DNA of 55,203 nt from Chromera velia (taxonomy: Eukaryota): assembly GCA_018398765.1 (NCBI GenBank), contig JAHBMJ010000155.1, positions 1 to 55,203 on the forward strand. Direction: 5' to 3'. Below are positions 1 to 17,303 of this stretch, piece by piece. Position 1 is the first letter of the stretch; every line of letters starts with the position of its first letter. The position numbers and the translations under genes are program-made. Under the pieces are notes generated by a model, which had not been told where the DNA came from, searched no databases, and saw nothing but the letters and a program-made list of their open reading frames with translations.

Positions 1-619
1 GAACTTAGTGACCAACTAACTATTTAAGTTTAGATTTAATTTACTAAGATGATTTGAATTCAGTTATTCTACTAAGCATTCATCTTAACATGACATTGTA
101 CTTAAACATTTATTTACGTGTAATCGAAATTATAAAAAAAAAATTGTAAATACAATATTATGCATTATCATAATTGAATGCTAAAAGAACTCAAAAATTG
201 AAATCTCCTGACACTGACATGTTTAGCTTCAATTTTTTCTTTAATGTTAATTTTATCTTAAAAGAATCATGTTTTAAAGAATGTCTATTTAATTTAAAGG
301 TATATAAACAACGTTGAAATACTATGGAACATCCTATATTTCAAAGTCCGAAATGATGTTAAAGTCCGGTAGGTCTCATTATGTCATGCTTTTGGATGAA
401 GTAAGAGACGCTCGCTCTAAGTTGGACTTGATTGTGTGGGCACAACAAATGGCTAAGCAGCAGTGGGGATAGGGTTTAAGCAAAAATGAGAAGAAAGTGA
501 GGGAGATCTTCATACTTCTCCTCGAAAAGCACCCTGTTGCAGGCGCACGGGCGATCTCCAATTGCCTTTGTAAGTAACTGTGTATATTCCCCCAGTCTGT
601 CCTTCTTTCTCTTTTCTTC

Positions 620-656
<37 letters not shown>

Positions 657-663
657 TTTCTTC

Positions 664-700
<37 letters not shown>

Positions 701-1802
701 TTTTCCCTCACTTCCTCTCACTCTTTCTCCGTTGTTATTGATTTTTGACGACCGTACTTGCTTTTAAGGGGAATATATATTTCATTATATCAGTCCAAGT
801 GTGTTTTATCCAATTGATTGATTGATTGATTGATTGATTGATGAACAAACAAGGGCAGAATGGAATCAATCGGGGGGTGAGCGAAAAGCATATGGGGGGG
901 AAATGCAAGACGGACGACCCCAAGAGGCCCAGGCTGCAGGGCTTGGATGGCACCCCTCATGTGAGCATGAGAGGCGGTGGGAGGTGACGGGCTCAAGCTT
1001 GCACGGGTACGGAGGGGCACACGGGGCGCTCATGCTCGTGCGGTTCACAAGCGGGTCTGCGAGCAGGGTGCATGCTACGTGCGGCTTCTCCGTTCTCCTT
1101 CTCCTTTTTTCTCCTCTTTTTGAATTTTTTTATCATGCTTACTACTCGCAATTTCACTCCCCTGGAAAACAAGTCGTGCCTCAGGGATAAACCAACCGAA
1201 CCGACTGAACTGACTGAACTGACCGAACTGCAGGAACTGAACTGAAAGAGAAACCTTTGCTTGTACGTCTTCGGCAGAAAAGATAGGGAATCAAAGGAGA
1301 TTGGGAGTTCTAATCTTTTTCTCTCTCCGTCTCCTTCTGTTCCACCTCGGGTGATTTTCTTTAGAGGTCATCTGACAGACCTTTAACTGACACGAACTGA
1401 CAGAAAGAATCTCACTGGCCCGTGACCCTTAGAGAAAAAAAAGATACAGAAACAGAGGAGTCCGTCTCCGTCCTTTCTGTTCCCCCTGAGGTACTTATTT
1501 TTTCCCTTTCCTTCTCGTTTCCCCCTCTGCTCGGGCATACCAGTGCTGTTCTGGCGCTTTAATCGGTTATGGGGACCCTCTTCTGGGCGAAATGCAGGCA
1601 GCCCTCAATTGTCTCAAGAGTGGGATAGAGAGCGCATTGTAACTCAGCCTGTAAGAGGACTACCAGATAAAGCAAAAGCCTGTTTACTTAGAGGTGGAGC
1701 CACCCTCCACTTCCATCCGCCTCCCTATCCCTGTCAGGCTCTCATCGATTCAACTTATCCCAGTGGGGCCTAAGTCGAAAGTTTAACTCTATGTATGATG
1801 CT

Positions 1803-1862
1803 CTAGGTTGGCCAGAGTCTATACGGCTCACCGGCTTTAACCCCATACATCATCATCATCAT
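1803..1862 (+). mobile_element. 3' terminus of a non-LTR retroelement (stem-loop followed by a (CAT)n tail)
   Basis: CTAGGTTGGCCAGAGTC..GGCTCACCGGCTTTAACC followed by (CAT)n. A related sequence lies at 28647-28725. The 5' extent is not determined. Confidence 0.5.
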
Positions 1863-2049
1863 ACCCCCTTCAGAGTGTTGGCAACAAGGAGAGTCTCTGC
1901 ATGACCAGTCTCATCACTGAGGAGTGGTCAGGCTCTGTTTTTCGTGTAGAGGTGCACGACTACCAGTGGGCGGGGACGGAAATAGGCAGATAAAAAGAGA
2001 CCCACACTTTAGCCGGCTCACCACGTACACGTGAATTGACTCAATTGAA

Positions 2050-2643
2050 GGGGGTTCATAATGGGTTCATAATCTGAGGGCCTGGGGCTCTCCACATGGA
2101 TTAAGGGAGGTTCTCACTCTGACGGTGGATAAAAGGTAATAAAGGGAGACACACACTGTAACAGGCTCGTTCACACCCTGACGCTGGACGAAGGGGCTTC
2201 TATTAACACAATCGTTGCAACGACTCTCCCTTTGAAGCTGGAGTCGAGAACAATACCAGCCAGACAAGCGATGACAAGCCACCGCAAGCGATAGAAGCGG
2301 AGGCCCATACTCTAGAGAAACCGCCGTGCTACCAAGAGAAACGAAACAGGGGGCTTCAGGGAGTTCCGTTCCGGAAAACAACGAATGAAGGCCAAAAGTA
2401 TGCCAGAGGTGTAGAAGCTTCTCCTCCGTGCATCCAGCGCAACACCGTTCCTAAAAGGTAGGAACGCAAATAGACGTAACGCTCTGATGGCCGTACATGG
2501 AAGGGACTACTAGATGTATAAACTCAGTCTGATTGAACACCAAGGATCTGGGTAGAACTGAGAGGAAACAGAACCAGTTATTTCGTAGGTCAGACAAAAA
2601 ATAAGCAACACCACCAATCTTAGCCATTTCTACCTCATTTTTC
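2050..2643 (-). pseudogene. Decayed LINE apurinic-like (APE) endonuclease relic, interrupted by an LTR element and continuing at ~6611-6700
   Basis: Across frameshifts the minus strand gives APE-like motifs in the expected order: GGVAYFL, RRSFY, GGFS (GDFN-like), KGESLQRLC (NGxxLxxFC-like), SLYYLL (IDYIL-like), SDYEP (SDHxP-like). Removing 2644-6610 rejoins the frame NKVLKRKNEVEMAKIGGVAYF. Confidence 0.6.
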
Positions 2644-5600
2644 AGTTGAAGTACAGGTAGCCGTCGGAGTACCGTGCCGTGCATTGGGCCGCGGGCTTGG
2701 CCGGGCTTGTGTTACATATGCGTGTTGCGCGCATGCAGTGAATAATCGCCGGCGCGCCGAGCGATTATCGCGTAGACGTATTGTTTTATCATTTCTGTGC
2801 GTATCGTGCTTTAGATAGCATGCAAGATTGGATTTATTGCTTTGCTTTCGGATTAAGAGTATTACTATTACTTTTACAGACTTCTTCAGGAGCTGTACAG
2901 ACTTGGGCACAGACCACAGAGACTTACCTGTCATAACACCTTAACACATACCTACACTTTATCTTAGTTCTGCGGTCAATAGCCTACAGTGCTTGCTCTT
3001 GCTGTGTTGCAGTTCACGATGTTTCCTCACCTTCTCTCTCCGTGACTGAGGACCGCTCCCCTTCTCTTCAAGCAGCCTCAGGGCATTCCTCTGTTCTTTG
3101 CAACGCATCTGTTTGCGCAGCCTGGTCGTTTCAATCATGTTCTCGCTTTTGTGATAGAAACCCTCCTGGCAGTTGTGTACTCAGCTGCTATGAATCTGTT
3201 TGATTATATGGACAAGGTGAACGACCTGTCTGTTTGTGCGCGTCGGATGCAAGCAGGAGTGAAGAACTGGTCCTGAAGGGGGTCTTCCCTTAATTTGCAG
3301 AAGGAGAAGGAGTCGGGTGGACTACAGTCCATGAAACATTGCGGCTTTTGGTTGTGATGGCTTGGACGACCTTCTGCAACAGCGCCTCTGAGCAGTCAAG
3401 GATGACTGGCAGAGGTATCTCTGTGGATCTCTTAAGTGCAGCTTCTTGTTGGAATTAGAATCTGTTTCGTAATTGAAGGAAAACCTTGTAAACAACCTCC
3501 CGCAGTGTGTTGATCTATCTCTTTCTCTCTCCTTCATGGTTCTTTACGTCCCTCAGTTGACACTGTGAACAGCCTGTGCTGTCTCTTCCTAGTCTTCGAC
3601 GTTCCATTCTACTTATGAGTGGTGACTGAACAAACCAGGAGACAGGTCTGCACTGGTTTTGTTTTCTTGTCATCTCACCCTGCGTGAAGTCTTCCAGAGG
3701 AAGAAGAAAGGAGTTCTGATCGTGGACCTTCGTTCTGTGTGCTATGCGGAGCATGCCGTTTCACCTGTGCCTCTCGCCTGTGCCAGATGGACGTCTTGAG
3801 TGAGAATGGGATGGTTTCTTGATTTGTAAGTGCCTGGACGTGCTCTGATACGCAAATAGGTCATGTCTGGATTGAGATGTGCGCTGTGTCGGGGGCTACC
3901 CACCCACGTTCATGAGTCTGTCGCTGGGCTACATTCTGTTGAATGAAGACGATTCATGAGGCAGTAGCCATACCTTTCAGAGCGGTGTGCTTGCCCTGCA
4001 TGCTGTACCTGGTTATATCGATTTCGTCTGGCTATGTTTTTTGGGTTTTGTGAACGGATGGATTCAATGACTTCTATATAGGCTTTGTGGGGACTTCGAG
4101 TGCCTTAGGCTTCTGCATCTATCCTTAGATCCAAATCAGTCGATTTGTGAATATCCCTTTTCCACCTTATCAGCAACGGATGGCCGGAGGGGGGATGAAT
4201 ACATGTAAGGACTGGGATGATGGAGTAGCAGATCCCTGCCTGAAAAAAAGGAAGGAAAAGAATTCCACTTGAATCTGCTTTCCCAACATACGAGAACAAA
4301 AAGACAAACATGGATGTATGTAAACGTCCAATTATTTCTTTTCATTCATTTTTGAGACCTCTCTTCTCCAACTGTTTTTTCTTTTTGTACTGTGTAAGTC
4401 TGAGCATCTAGTTTTTGTGTAACTTATTGTGGCAGTAGCGGAAGATAACTGCGTTTTTGAATAGCCGATGTTTCGTTCTCTCATCACTTTTCATTCAGAG
4501 TCTTACTCTTCTTTTTGTTTGATTTTTTTTCTCTTTTTCTTTTCTTTCTGGCGTTTCTCGCTCTTTCTTTCTTTGCTCTCTCACGCTCTTCTTCTTGTCT
4601 TTTCTCTTTCTTGATCATCGTTTGACTAATGAAATAAGAAAAGAATGGGGGGGAGAGCGGGGGTACTGAAGAAAGAGGGCTAGGAGAAGAGAAAAGAACG
4701 AAATGATTTAACAATTAAAAAGGTTTTCTTTTCTCTTCTTTATTCTTTTTGCGTTGCATGAATGTGCTTGGTGAAAGTTTCTTTTTCACATACAGCAAAT
4801 TTTTTTTTTTTGCGTTTTCTCTTTGTTCCACTGTTTATCGCTCTCTCTTTCTCTCTCTCTCCTCCTTCTCTTTGCAGTTCTTGCTTTTCTCTTCTCTTTT
4901 CAAACAAGTCAACCTGAGCAGTAGATTGAGAAAGAATCACAGGAACGTGAGGGAATGGGGCAGATTGAAGAGAGAGAGGGGGGGAGATGGGCAAGAGAGA
5001 GAGGACACATCATACAGAAGGAACCGGAACAGAAAGATAGAAATGAAAATGCATCATTCGTTTTTGCTTTCATTCGGCAGTTCTGTTTTTCTTCTGAATT
5101 CACTGCATAGAATTTACTGCATCTTATTTTCTCTTCAAAGATGTGCAGTCTGTATGACGTGTTTGACTCGACAGTCCGATTTGTAATTCGTTTTCTTTTC
5201 TCAGATTGCTCTTTGTTCTAGCTGAACAGTGTCCTTTCACCTTTCGATGGTTATTTCACTTCTTTTCTTTTTATGAAAGGTTTTCTTCTCACATATGCAT
5301 GTCGATAGCAAAAGACAGACAAAGGAAGAAAAGAAGAAAGCGCAGCATGACAAAGATTGAGAAAAAAAGACGTTCAATGACATTCAACTTTCTTTTTTTT
5401 TGTCGACCAATTTGAATTTTGGTTTGCTTTAATTCTGCAAAAGGAAAGTAGGTGATGCACGTAAATCATCTGTCATCGCTTCTGCACTCTGACTGATTCA
5501 TCTTATTCAGTACAAGTTATTTTCATTCGTTCATTCATTGATTCATTCATTCATTCATCAATCCAGATTTTCTCATCTGCATTCAGGAGTTCATCATAAT

Positions 5601-6605
5601 TTGATTGATTTCACAAGTCTGTTTCCTTTTCGAACTGAATTGATTTGTAATACAAACTTCTAGTTTTCTTTTCTAAAAGAGGACAGAGCAAGGGGGAGAT
5701 TAAAACAGATTGGATTGATGACGTAACTGTTATATACAGGAAGTCTTTGCTTTTGACGAAACTTTTTGACTTCCTACCTCAATTGGTAGAGCATGCAATC
5801 GTTCTTTTCATTGTAGCTCACTGTTAGAGCATGCGGTTGTTTTCATTTTTATTGTTATCTTTGCTGGACTGAAATTTGTCCTAAGTCGTATCGCTCGCGT
5901 TGCCTTGCATATTTTTTCTGCAACGCTTTGCTTTTTCTTCGGCAACACGATCGAGGGGGGGAGTTGAAGTACAGGTAGCCGTCGGGGTACCGTGCCGCAC
6001 ATTAGGCCGCGGGCTTGGCCGGGCTTGTGTCACGTATGCGTGTTGCACGCATGCAGTGAATAATCGCCGGCGCGCCGAGCGATTATCACGTAGACGTATT
6101 GTTTTGTCATTTCTGTGCGTATCGTGCTTTGAATAGCATGCGAGATTGGATTTATTGCTTTGCTTTCGGATTGAGAGTATTACTATTACTTTTACAGACT
6201 TCTCCAGGAGCTGTACAGACTTGGGCACAGACCACAGAGACTTACCTGTCATGACACCTTGACACACACCTATACTTTATCTTAGTACAGGTAGCCGTCG
6301 GAGTACCGTGCCACGCATTGGGCCACGGGCTTGGCCGGGCTTGTGTTACGTATGCGTGTTGCGCGCATGCAGTGAATAATCGCCGGCGCACCGAGCGATT
6401 ATCGTGCGGACGTATTGTTTTATCATTTCTGTGCGTATCGTGCTTTAGATAGCATGCAAGATTGGATTCATTGCTTTGCTTTCAGATTGAGAGTATTACT
6501 ATTACTTTTACAGACTTCTCCAGGAGCTGTACAGACTTGGGCACAGACCACAGAGACTTACCTGTCATGACACTTTGACACACACCTACACTTTATCTTA
6601 GTTCT
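2644..6605 (+). mobile_element. Non-autonomous or decayed LTR retroelement with AG..CT LTR ends, 5-bp TSD and a duplicated 3' LTR
   Basis: ~328-bp direct repeats at 2644-2971, 5962-6286 and 6284-6605. TTTTC flanks both ends (2639-2643, 6606-6610). A purine tract GAGGGGGGG abuts 5962. No intact gag/pol was seen inside. Confidence 0.8.
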
Positions 6606-6704
6606 TTTTCCTCTTCAAAACTTTGTTCTACCTCTCTTTCAAGCCTCTTTCTGATTGTAGTGGGAAGAGAGGCTAGAAGAGAGGCTCCAACATGTTCTAA
6701 GAGG

Positions 6705-7119
6705 TATACCAAGTGCAACTCAATTTGGCACGATTACGATTCTGATTGCAAATGTGAAAAATATTTTTTTCACGTAAACAGTCTTTTAAGACTTGCGATA
6801 TGTTTCTGATAATATTTGTAAAGTCTGTGCAAATTTTCAAGTTTGTACGCACCACCGATTACGTTTGCGAAAAATATGAAAATTCAAAGTCAGGATTCGT
6901 TTTCCGGGGCCGCCCGACTTTGAATTTTCATATTTTTTGTAAATGTAATCGGTCACGCGTATGAACTTGAAAATTTGTACAGACTTTACGAATATTATCA
7001 GAAACATGTTGCAAGTCTGAAAAAACTGTTTCCGCGATTAAAATATTTTTCACATTTGCAATCGCAAACGTAATTGGCTGTATGGGGTTTGCCAAATTGA
7101 GTTGCGCTTGCATGGTATA
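6705..7119. mobile_element. Foldback MITE, Tc1/mariner-like (TA TSD)
   Basis: ~190-bp imperfect inverted arms (TACCA..GCAACTCAATTTGGCA / TGCCAAATTGAGTTGC..TGGTA) around a short spacer near 6893-6913, with TA on both sides. Confidence 0.8.
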
Positions 7120-7566
7120 TATTAATAAGTGAGTTCCTGCGATGGCGCACGCACTCACGCAAGTACTCACTTGACTTCGCGCGCAATGCTTCGCGCGCAA
7201 TGCGCGCGAACTGACTTGTATAACTGCATGCTGATTTAATTTATATTAATACAGATCGATTCGGCGCCAATCGCAATCATGCATTTGCATGTAAATGAGT
7301 ACCGTGCATGCACAGTTCATGGGTTCAATCCCTCTCAATGATCTTGCAAAGAATTGAACTAGCAGTAGCACAAAGCCTGCATGACCAGCGCTGAGGCCCG
7401 AGTTCCTTTCCCAACTGCCATGCACCCCCAGCTTTGACTTTTATGCATGCCGTCTCACTCGCTCCCTCACTTGCCTGATCACACGTGATCTTCATACACC
7501 TGGATCGCTTGGGCTAGATCGCCCTTTTTGAGCGTGTTGCCGGAGGCTGTTTTGGGGGGGGAAAGC

Positions 7567-8323
7567 ATGAAGCTCGAGCAGACAACCGCGGAGCAATCTC
7601 CACCGAAGCTTGAACAGACTATCTTGGAGGGACAAACCATTGTGGACAAGAAGCAAAAACAGAGCGCCGTAGACGACCAAAATGGTACAGGGGAAGGCAC
7701 CACGAAAGGAGGAAAGATGCCAAACCACACTGTTGATTCCGGAAACAAAAGAGAAAGTTCCAAAATCCCCTCCCCCCCCCTTCCCAACGATTGGGACTCA
7801 CGACGCGTCTCTGCCCTGGGAGGAAAGGGAGGGGATGACTCAGGAGAAGGAAAGGCCAATGCACTCAAGTACCGTCAGAAAGACAGGGAGAAGGTTTTGA
7901 AGCATTATAACAACCACAGTCTTTGCAGAGAAAACACCAAGGTGCCGTCGACCTACATAGAGGAGTACGGGACGAAGACTGCACGGCAGGAGCCCATTCA
8001 TCTCAGAGACACGGTCAGTGATGCGTATATTAATACAAACCAGTGCGACGGTAACGTGCAACAAAATGGGCAAAAAAACGATCCCAGAATGGATCGAGAT
8101 GGCGAGTCATGTCTGACAAACAGAAAAGCAGACGGAGGTACTTGGCAGGCAGTCACCGAGGCAGGCAGGCAGGCAGGCACGCATGCAGCCAACCCTCCAC
8201 CCGGTCAGACAGAGAGAATTGCAGACGGGCACAATGAACGACAAGTCATCGAGCAAATAGGGCAGCAGGAAGGATGCGTGTGCGCGAAGGGCCGGACAGT
8301 GGGGTGGGCGTGTGTGCGGTTCA

Positions 8324-8374
<51 letters not shown>

Positions 8375-8390
8375 AGACAGACAGACAGAG

Positions 8391-8441
<51 letters not shown>

Positions 8442-9006
8442 CACCTACCTTGCTTGTTTGCAGGGGTGCATGGTGGAGACCCAGTTCTGTCCTGAGAGGG
8501 TGTTCTCTCAGTTGAAGCCCTATTCGAGGGAGCCCTGCTTCTCCTACTTCGAGACCGACCACTGTGCATGCAACGCGCGTGAGTATGTATATGCATATAG
8601 ACAATAGGACGTCTGTCAATTGGTCAAAAAGGAAAGAAAGACGCTGTGCTCTCCGTGCACTGTGCGTGCTTCTGGACGCTCGTCCCTTCTGAAACGGCTT
8701 CCAACAAAGGGACCTTGGAAGGGATACACGCCTGCCTGCAGCAAGGTTGCAGCACCTAGCTGTTGGCTGCCTCTGCTTCGTTCCAATTTGATTTGATGTC
8801 TATTGTCGTTCTAGTTTTCTTTTGGCTGTTTTCTTCACTTTTGTCCGCTGGTTGGGGTTTCTTTCACTCAGACGGTACGCGTGAGGGGATTGGGGATGGG
8901 TGCCTGTGTGAGAGACGGGATATGTATAGAAGGGTAGACAGAGACAGAGAGAGAGACAGAGAGAGAAAGCAAGAAAGAAGGAAGGAAGGAAGGAAGGAAG
9001 GAAGGA

Positions 9007-9045
<39 letters not shown>

Positions 9046-9110
9046 GACGAAAGAACGAACGAACGAACGAACGAACGAAAGAAAGAAAGAACGAACGAAC
9101 GTTCGAACGA

Positions 9111-9142
<32 letters not shown>

Positions 9143-9159
9143 GAAAGAAAGAAAGAAAG

Positions 9160-9206
<47 letters not shown>

Positions 9207-9771
9207 AGTGAAGGAGGGAGGAAGAAAAGAGGGAAAATAGAGAGATTAAAACATAGATGGAAGGAAGGAAGGAAGGAAGGAAGGAGGGAAGGAAGGAAGG
9301 AGGGAAGGAAGGAAGGAAGGAAGGAAGGACCGACGAACGAGGATGCGCGGTAGGCGAGAAGAAGCGAAAGAGAAATTGAGTGAGTGAGTGAATCAATGAG
9401 TGAGTGAACACACATACCAAATGAATGAATGGCTGACCGAATGATTGCAGCTGGTGACTGGCGTTCGCTTCTGGTTGAGTACCGCTCCTGTGTGAAGCAC
9501 TCGGTGCACCTAGGGAAGGTTCGTGCGTGCGTGCATATATCAGCTGTATGTATGGAAAAGGTTTGCACGGGTAGACCAAGGAGAGAGAGTGCCGAAAAAC
9601 AAGGAGGCTTTCATTGGTCTCTCGTGCGCAGCTGTTTATTTAGACATGAATCAGGAAGTTGTGTATAGTCCGTTCGCTTTCTCTTCTCGTATGTCTGCGT
9701 GTGTTTGCGTATGAGTGTGTGTGTGTGTGGTGTGTTTGTGTTTGTGTCTGTTTGTGTGTGTGCTTGCGTAT

Positions 9772-9813
<42 letters not shown>

Positions 9814-10202
9814 CGTATGGATGGGGTGAGGGACGGGGGGCGGAGGAGGCGATGATCTTGTCGGTGCCGGGAAAGGATCCTGCCTCACAATTGGCACACG
9901 TCACTTTCGTTGGGTCCGGACGAATCAGAAGTAGTTCGTGCTACTTGTTGATTGACGTCGATCTGAGCGGGTGCGTGCAGGTGAACGAGACGACGAAGTG
10001 GAACGTGGGTCGGTGCGTGGTGTCCCCCCTCTGGATTGCAACAACCATTGCGATGCTTGTGGTCCTGTTTTTTGCGATCTACCGTTTGTTCAAGTTCGGG
10101 AAGCAGGTTCAGAAGCAGAGACTTCTGAAGGCCTCCATGGAGACGCCAATCGATCTCAACATGAAGGTCCCGATCCAAAAGCCTGCGGCGGAGTACGACT
10201 GA
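7567..10202 (+). CDS. Single-pass membrane protein with a Cys-rich ectodomain, function unknown
   Basis: Exons 7567-8013, 8464-8578, 9451-9518, 9981-10202 are phase-consistent. TM segment LWIATTIAMLVVLFFAIY is followed by basic residues. The start is uncertain; the upstream in-frame YTWIAW..AVLG resembles a signal-peptide end. Confidence 0.7.
8935..9330. repeat. Intronic compound microsatellite (AGAC/GAAA/GAAC/GGAA)
   Basis: Directly visible. It explains the long spurious ORFs in this region. Confidence 0.9.
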
Positions 10203-11063
10203 TCAAAAATCAAACCTACCGCGGTTTTGTTTTCCGTCAACAAAAGCAGAGAATACCAGAGATCGAGAGCTCTGTCAGAGCGTTTATGTATTTCTTGCTA
10301 GCTCAAAAGAATAGTGTTAGAAAAAAAATATTTCTACTGAAATTTGATCTAAAAGCACGTAAAACTATATGTAAAACTATATATTGTGGTAAAAAATAAT
10401 TTGAACTATATAAAATAAAATTATAACTTTATTTATCTCCGTGTAAGTTAACTTTTAGATAGATAGGTAGACGTTTTTTAATGCTTATCAGTCATTTAAC
10501 TTATCATAGGCCAGTGCAGCGATTGCCAGCGAGGTGGGTGCTAAAGTAGTAACTTGCTGTGATAAATATTAGGCTATTTTTAGTAATTATAAAATGTATG
10601 ATCGATATCGACTTTTGCATATCTCAGCCAGGCAGGCTAAGTACACCTCACCTAACCTCACCGCTTAAATCTATGAAAGGAAAAAAATCTATGAGGGGGA
10701 AAAGAGTGCCAGAGAGTGACTTCTTTTTTGAAGGAGGTCACTCCGTCTGACACGAGAAAGTGTTGGCATTCTAGGGGCTATAGGAGCCTAAACCATGAAA
10801 TCAGGCCGAGCTAGGCATGGTATAAGGCATGCATGGCTTTTTTTATGTACGTCGGCGCGCAAAGCGCGCCAACTCTCGATCGGTCGTGATTCCGAATAAT
10901 TAACTTTTGAATTAATCGGATCAAGAATTCGATCATGCAATTAAGGCTATATATATAGCTCGATCGACACGATCACGATCGAAGCTTAATTCTTCCAACA
11001 GCTTGTACATATGCATTCCGCAAAAGAGCTTGTCACTTGAGCATCTACACCGCTTCCGGAAAG

Positions 11064-15983
<4,920 letters not shown>

Positions 15984-17303
15984 ACAGTTGAGAGAGACCA
16001 GATGATACCAGGAGGGAGGGAAGGAGGGAGGGAGGGAGGGAGGGAGGGAGACAAAAAAGAAAAGAAAGAAGGAAACAAGGAAAATGAAACGAAAGAAAGA
16101 AAGAAAGAATGAATGAATGAATGAATCAAAGGAAGGAATTATAAAAGGAGGAAACCGGGATGGAGTCTCGAAGATTAGCAGTACATTTTTTTCTTTGCTT
16201 TGCCCATTTTGTTTCTCTTTATCTCCTTTCCTTTTTCGACTGCAAATGCAATTAAGTCAAGCGTGAGCAGTGAATGAAATCCTTCACTCTCCCTTCTATG
16301 TAGACATTTGATGTGCGTACTAACTCTCGTACATGCATGCGTGCACCAGCTGCAGTCAACTTGAACATTGAAGCAGGGCCCCAATTGTGCAATGTTTTAA
16401 TTTGCATCTAAATTGATGCGTTTCAATCTCAGGCTAGTTTGGGTACAGTTAGATTTCCATGTATATTTTGATGCAAGTTGACAAAAAAAGAAATTTTACA
16501 TACAAAAATGTTGTTAACCCATCATTGTTCAAGTGAATTCAGATTAATTCAGATCCGGAAATATCCGGAAGTTGAAACTTCACCTAGGTTTTGGCGCTAA
16601 TCACTCTAGCAATCAATCAACCAATGAATCAATCGCTATAGTATATAGTAAACTAATGAACTACCACTATTTTTCAGTGGGGGGTATGAGTTTTGTATTG
16701 TTTCCTAGCCATCATTTCGTTTTGTCTACTTTTTTATGTTTATATTATGCCCAAGTTGCACCTTTTACCAGACCTTTGGTGACAAATTCATGTTCTTTAG
16801 GGTGAGCCACGGTTTTTTTTAAATCGGTCCTTCGGCTATCGAATTTCTAGAATATTCTTATTGAAAGTCACGTGCACACAGAATTTTTATGCGAATTTCT
16901 GATACTGCCCTCCGAGGCCCCACAAACTTAATTCTCACACTTGCCTTCGCGCGCGAATGCGCGCGAACAAACTTGTATTTATTAAATTAAATGATGTGCG
17001 ATTAAATACGGACACCATACATGAAGCAGTCTCCGTATTCCCTAGCTTCATTCCACGGCCTCTTTGGATATATAGAGGGATCCCTAGTGACTGAACGAGA
17101 GACGAGAGAGAAAGCGAAACCATGATAATACGCCCATGTGCAGGTGCATGACTAATTGCATTCATCTCCTGCCTGCTAAGATTTGAACCCTAAGCTCCAT
17201 TGCAATCGAGTGCAGAGTGTCATTCCACTCGCTTATGCAGCGTATGTCAGACTGAACTTGCCTTCACATACATACGTGCGTACGTCAGTAAGCACTTAAG
17301 AAA

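Noticed and set aside
385..575. Protein-like frame MLLDEVRDARSK..W G*GLSKNEKKVREIF..
   Set aside because: Short, contains a stop, and matches no family I recognise. It may be a relic but cannot be assigned.
7381..7566. TGA reassignment suggested by in-frame TGAs upstream of the membrane-protein gene and at 21533
   Set aside because: TGG encodes Trp throughout, several gene models end in TGA, and long exons otherwise lack TGA.
8763..9579. Long ORFs rich in RKE, SFL or HT (also 15303-15685, 20583-21171, 25241-26269, 35227-35939)
   Set aside because: These are largely translations of intronic microsatellites; only the short exon parts are real.
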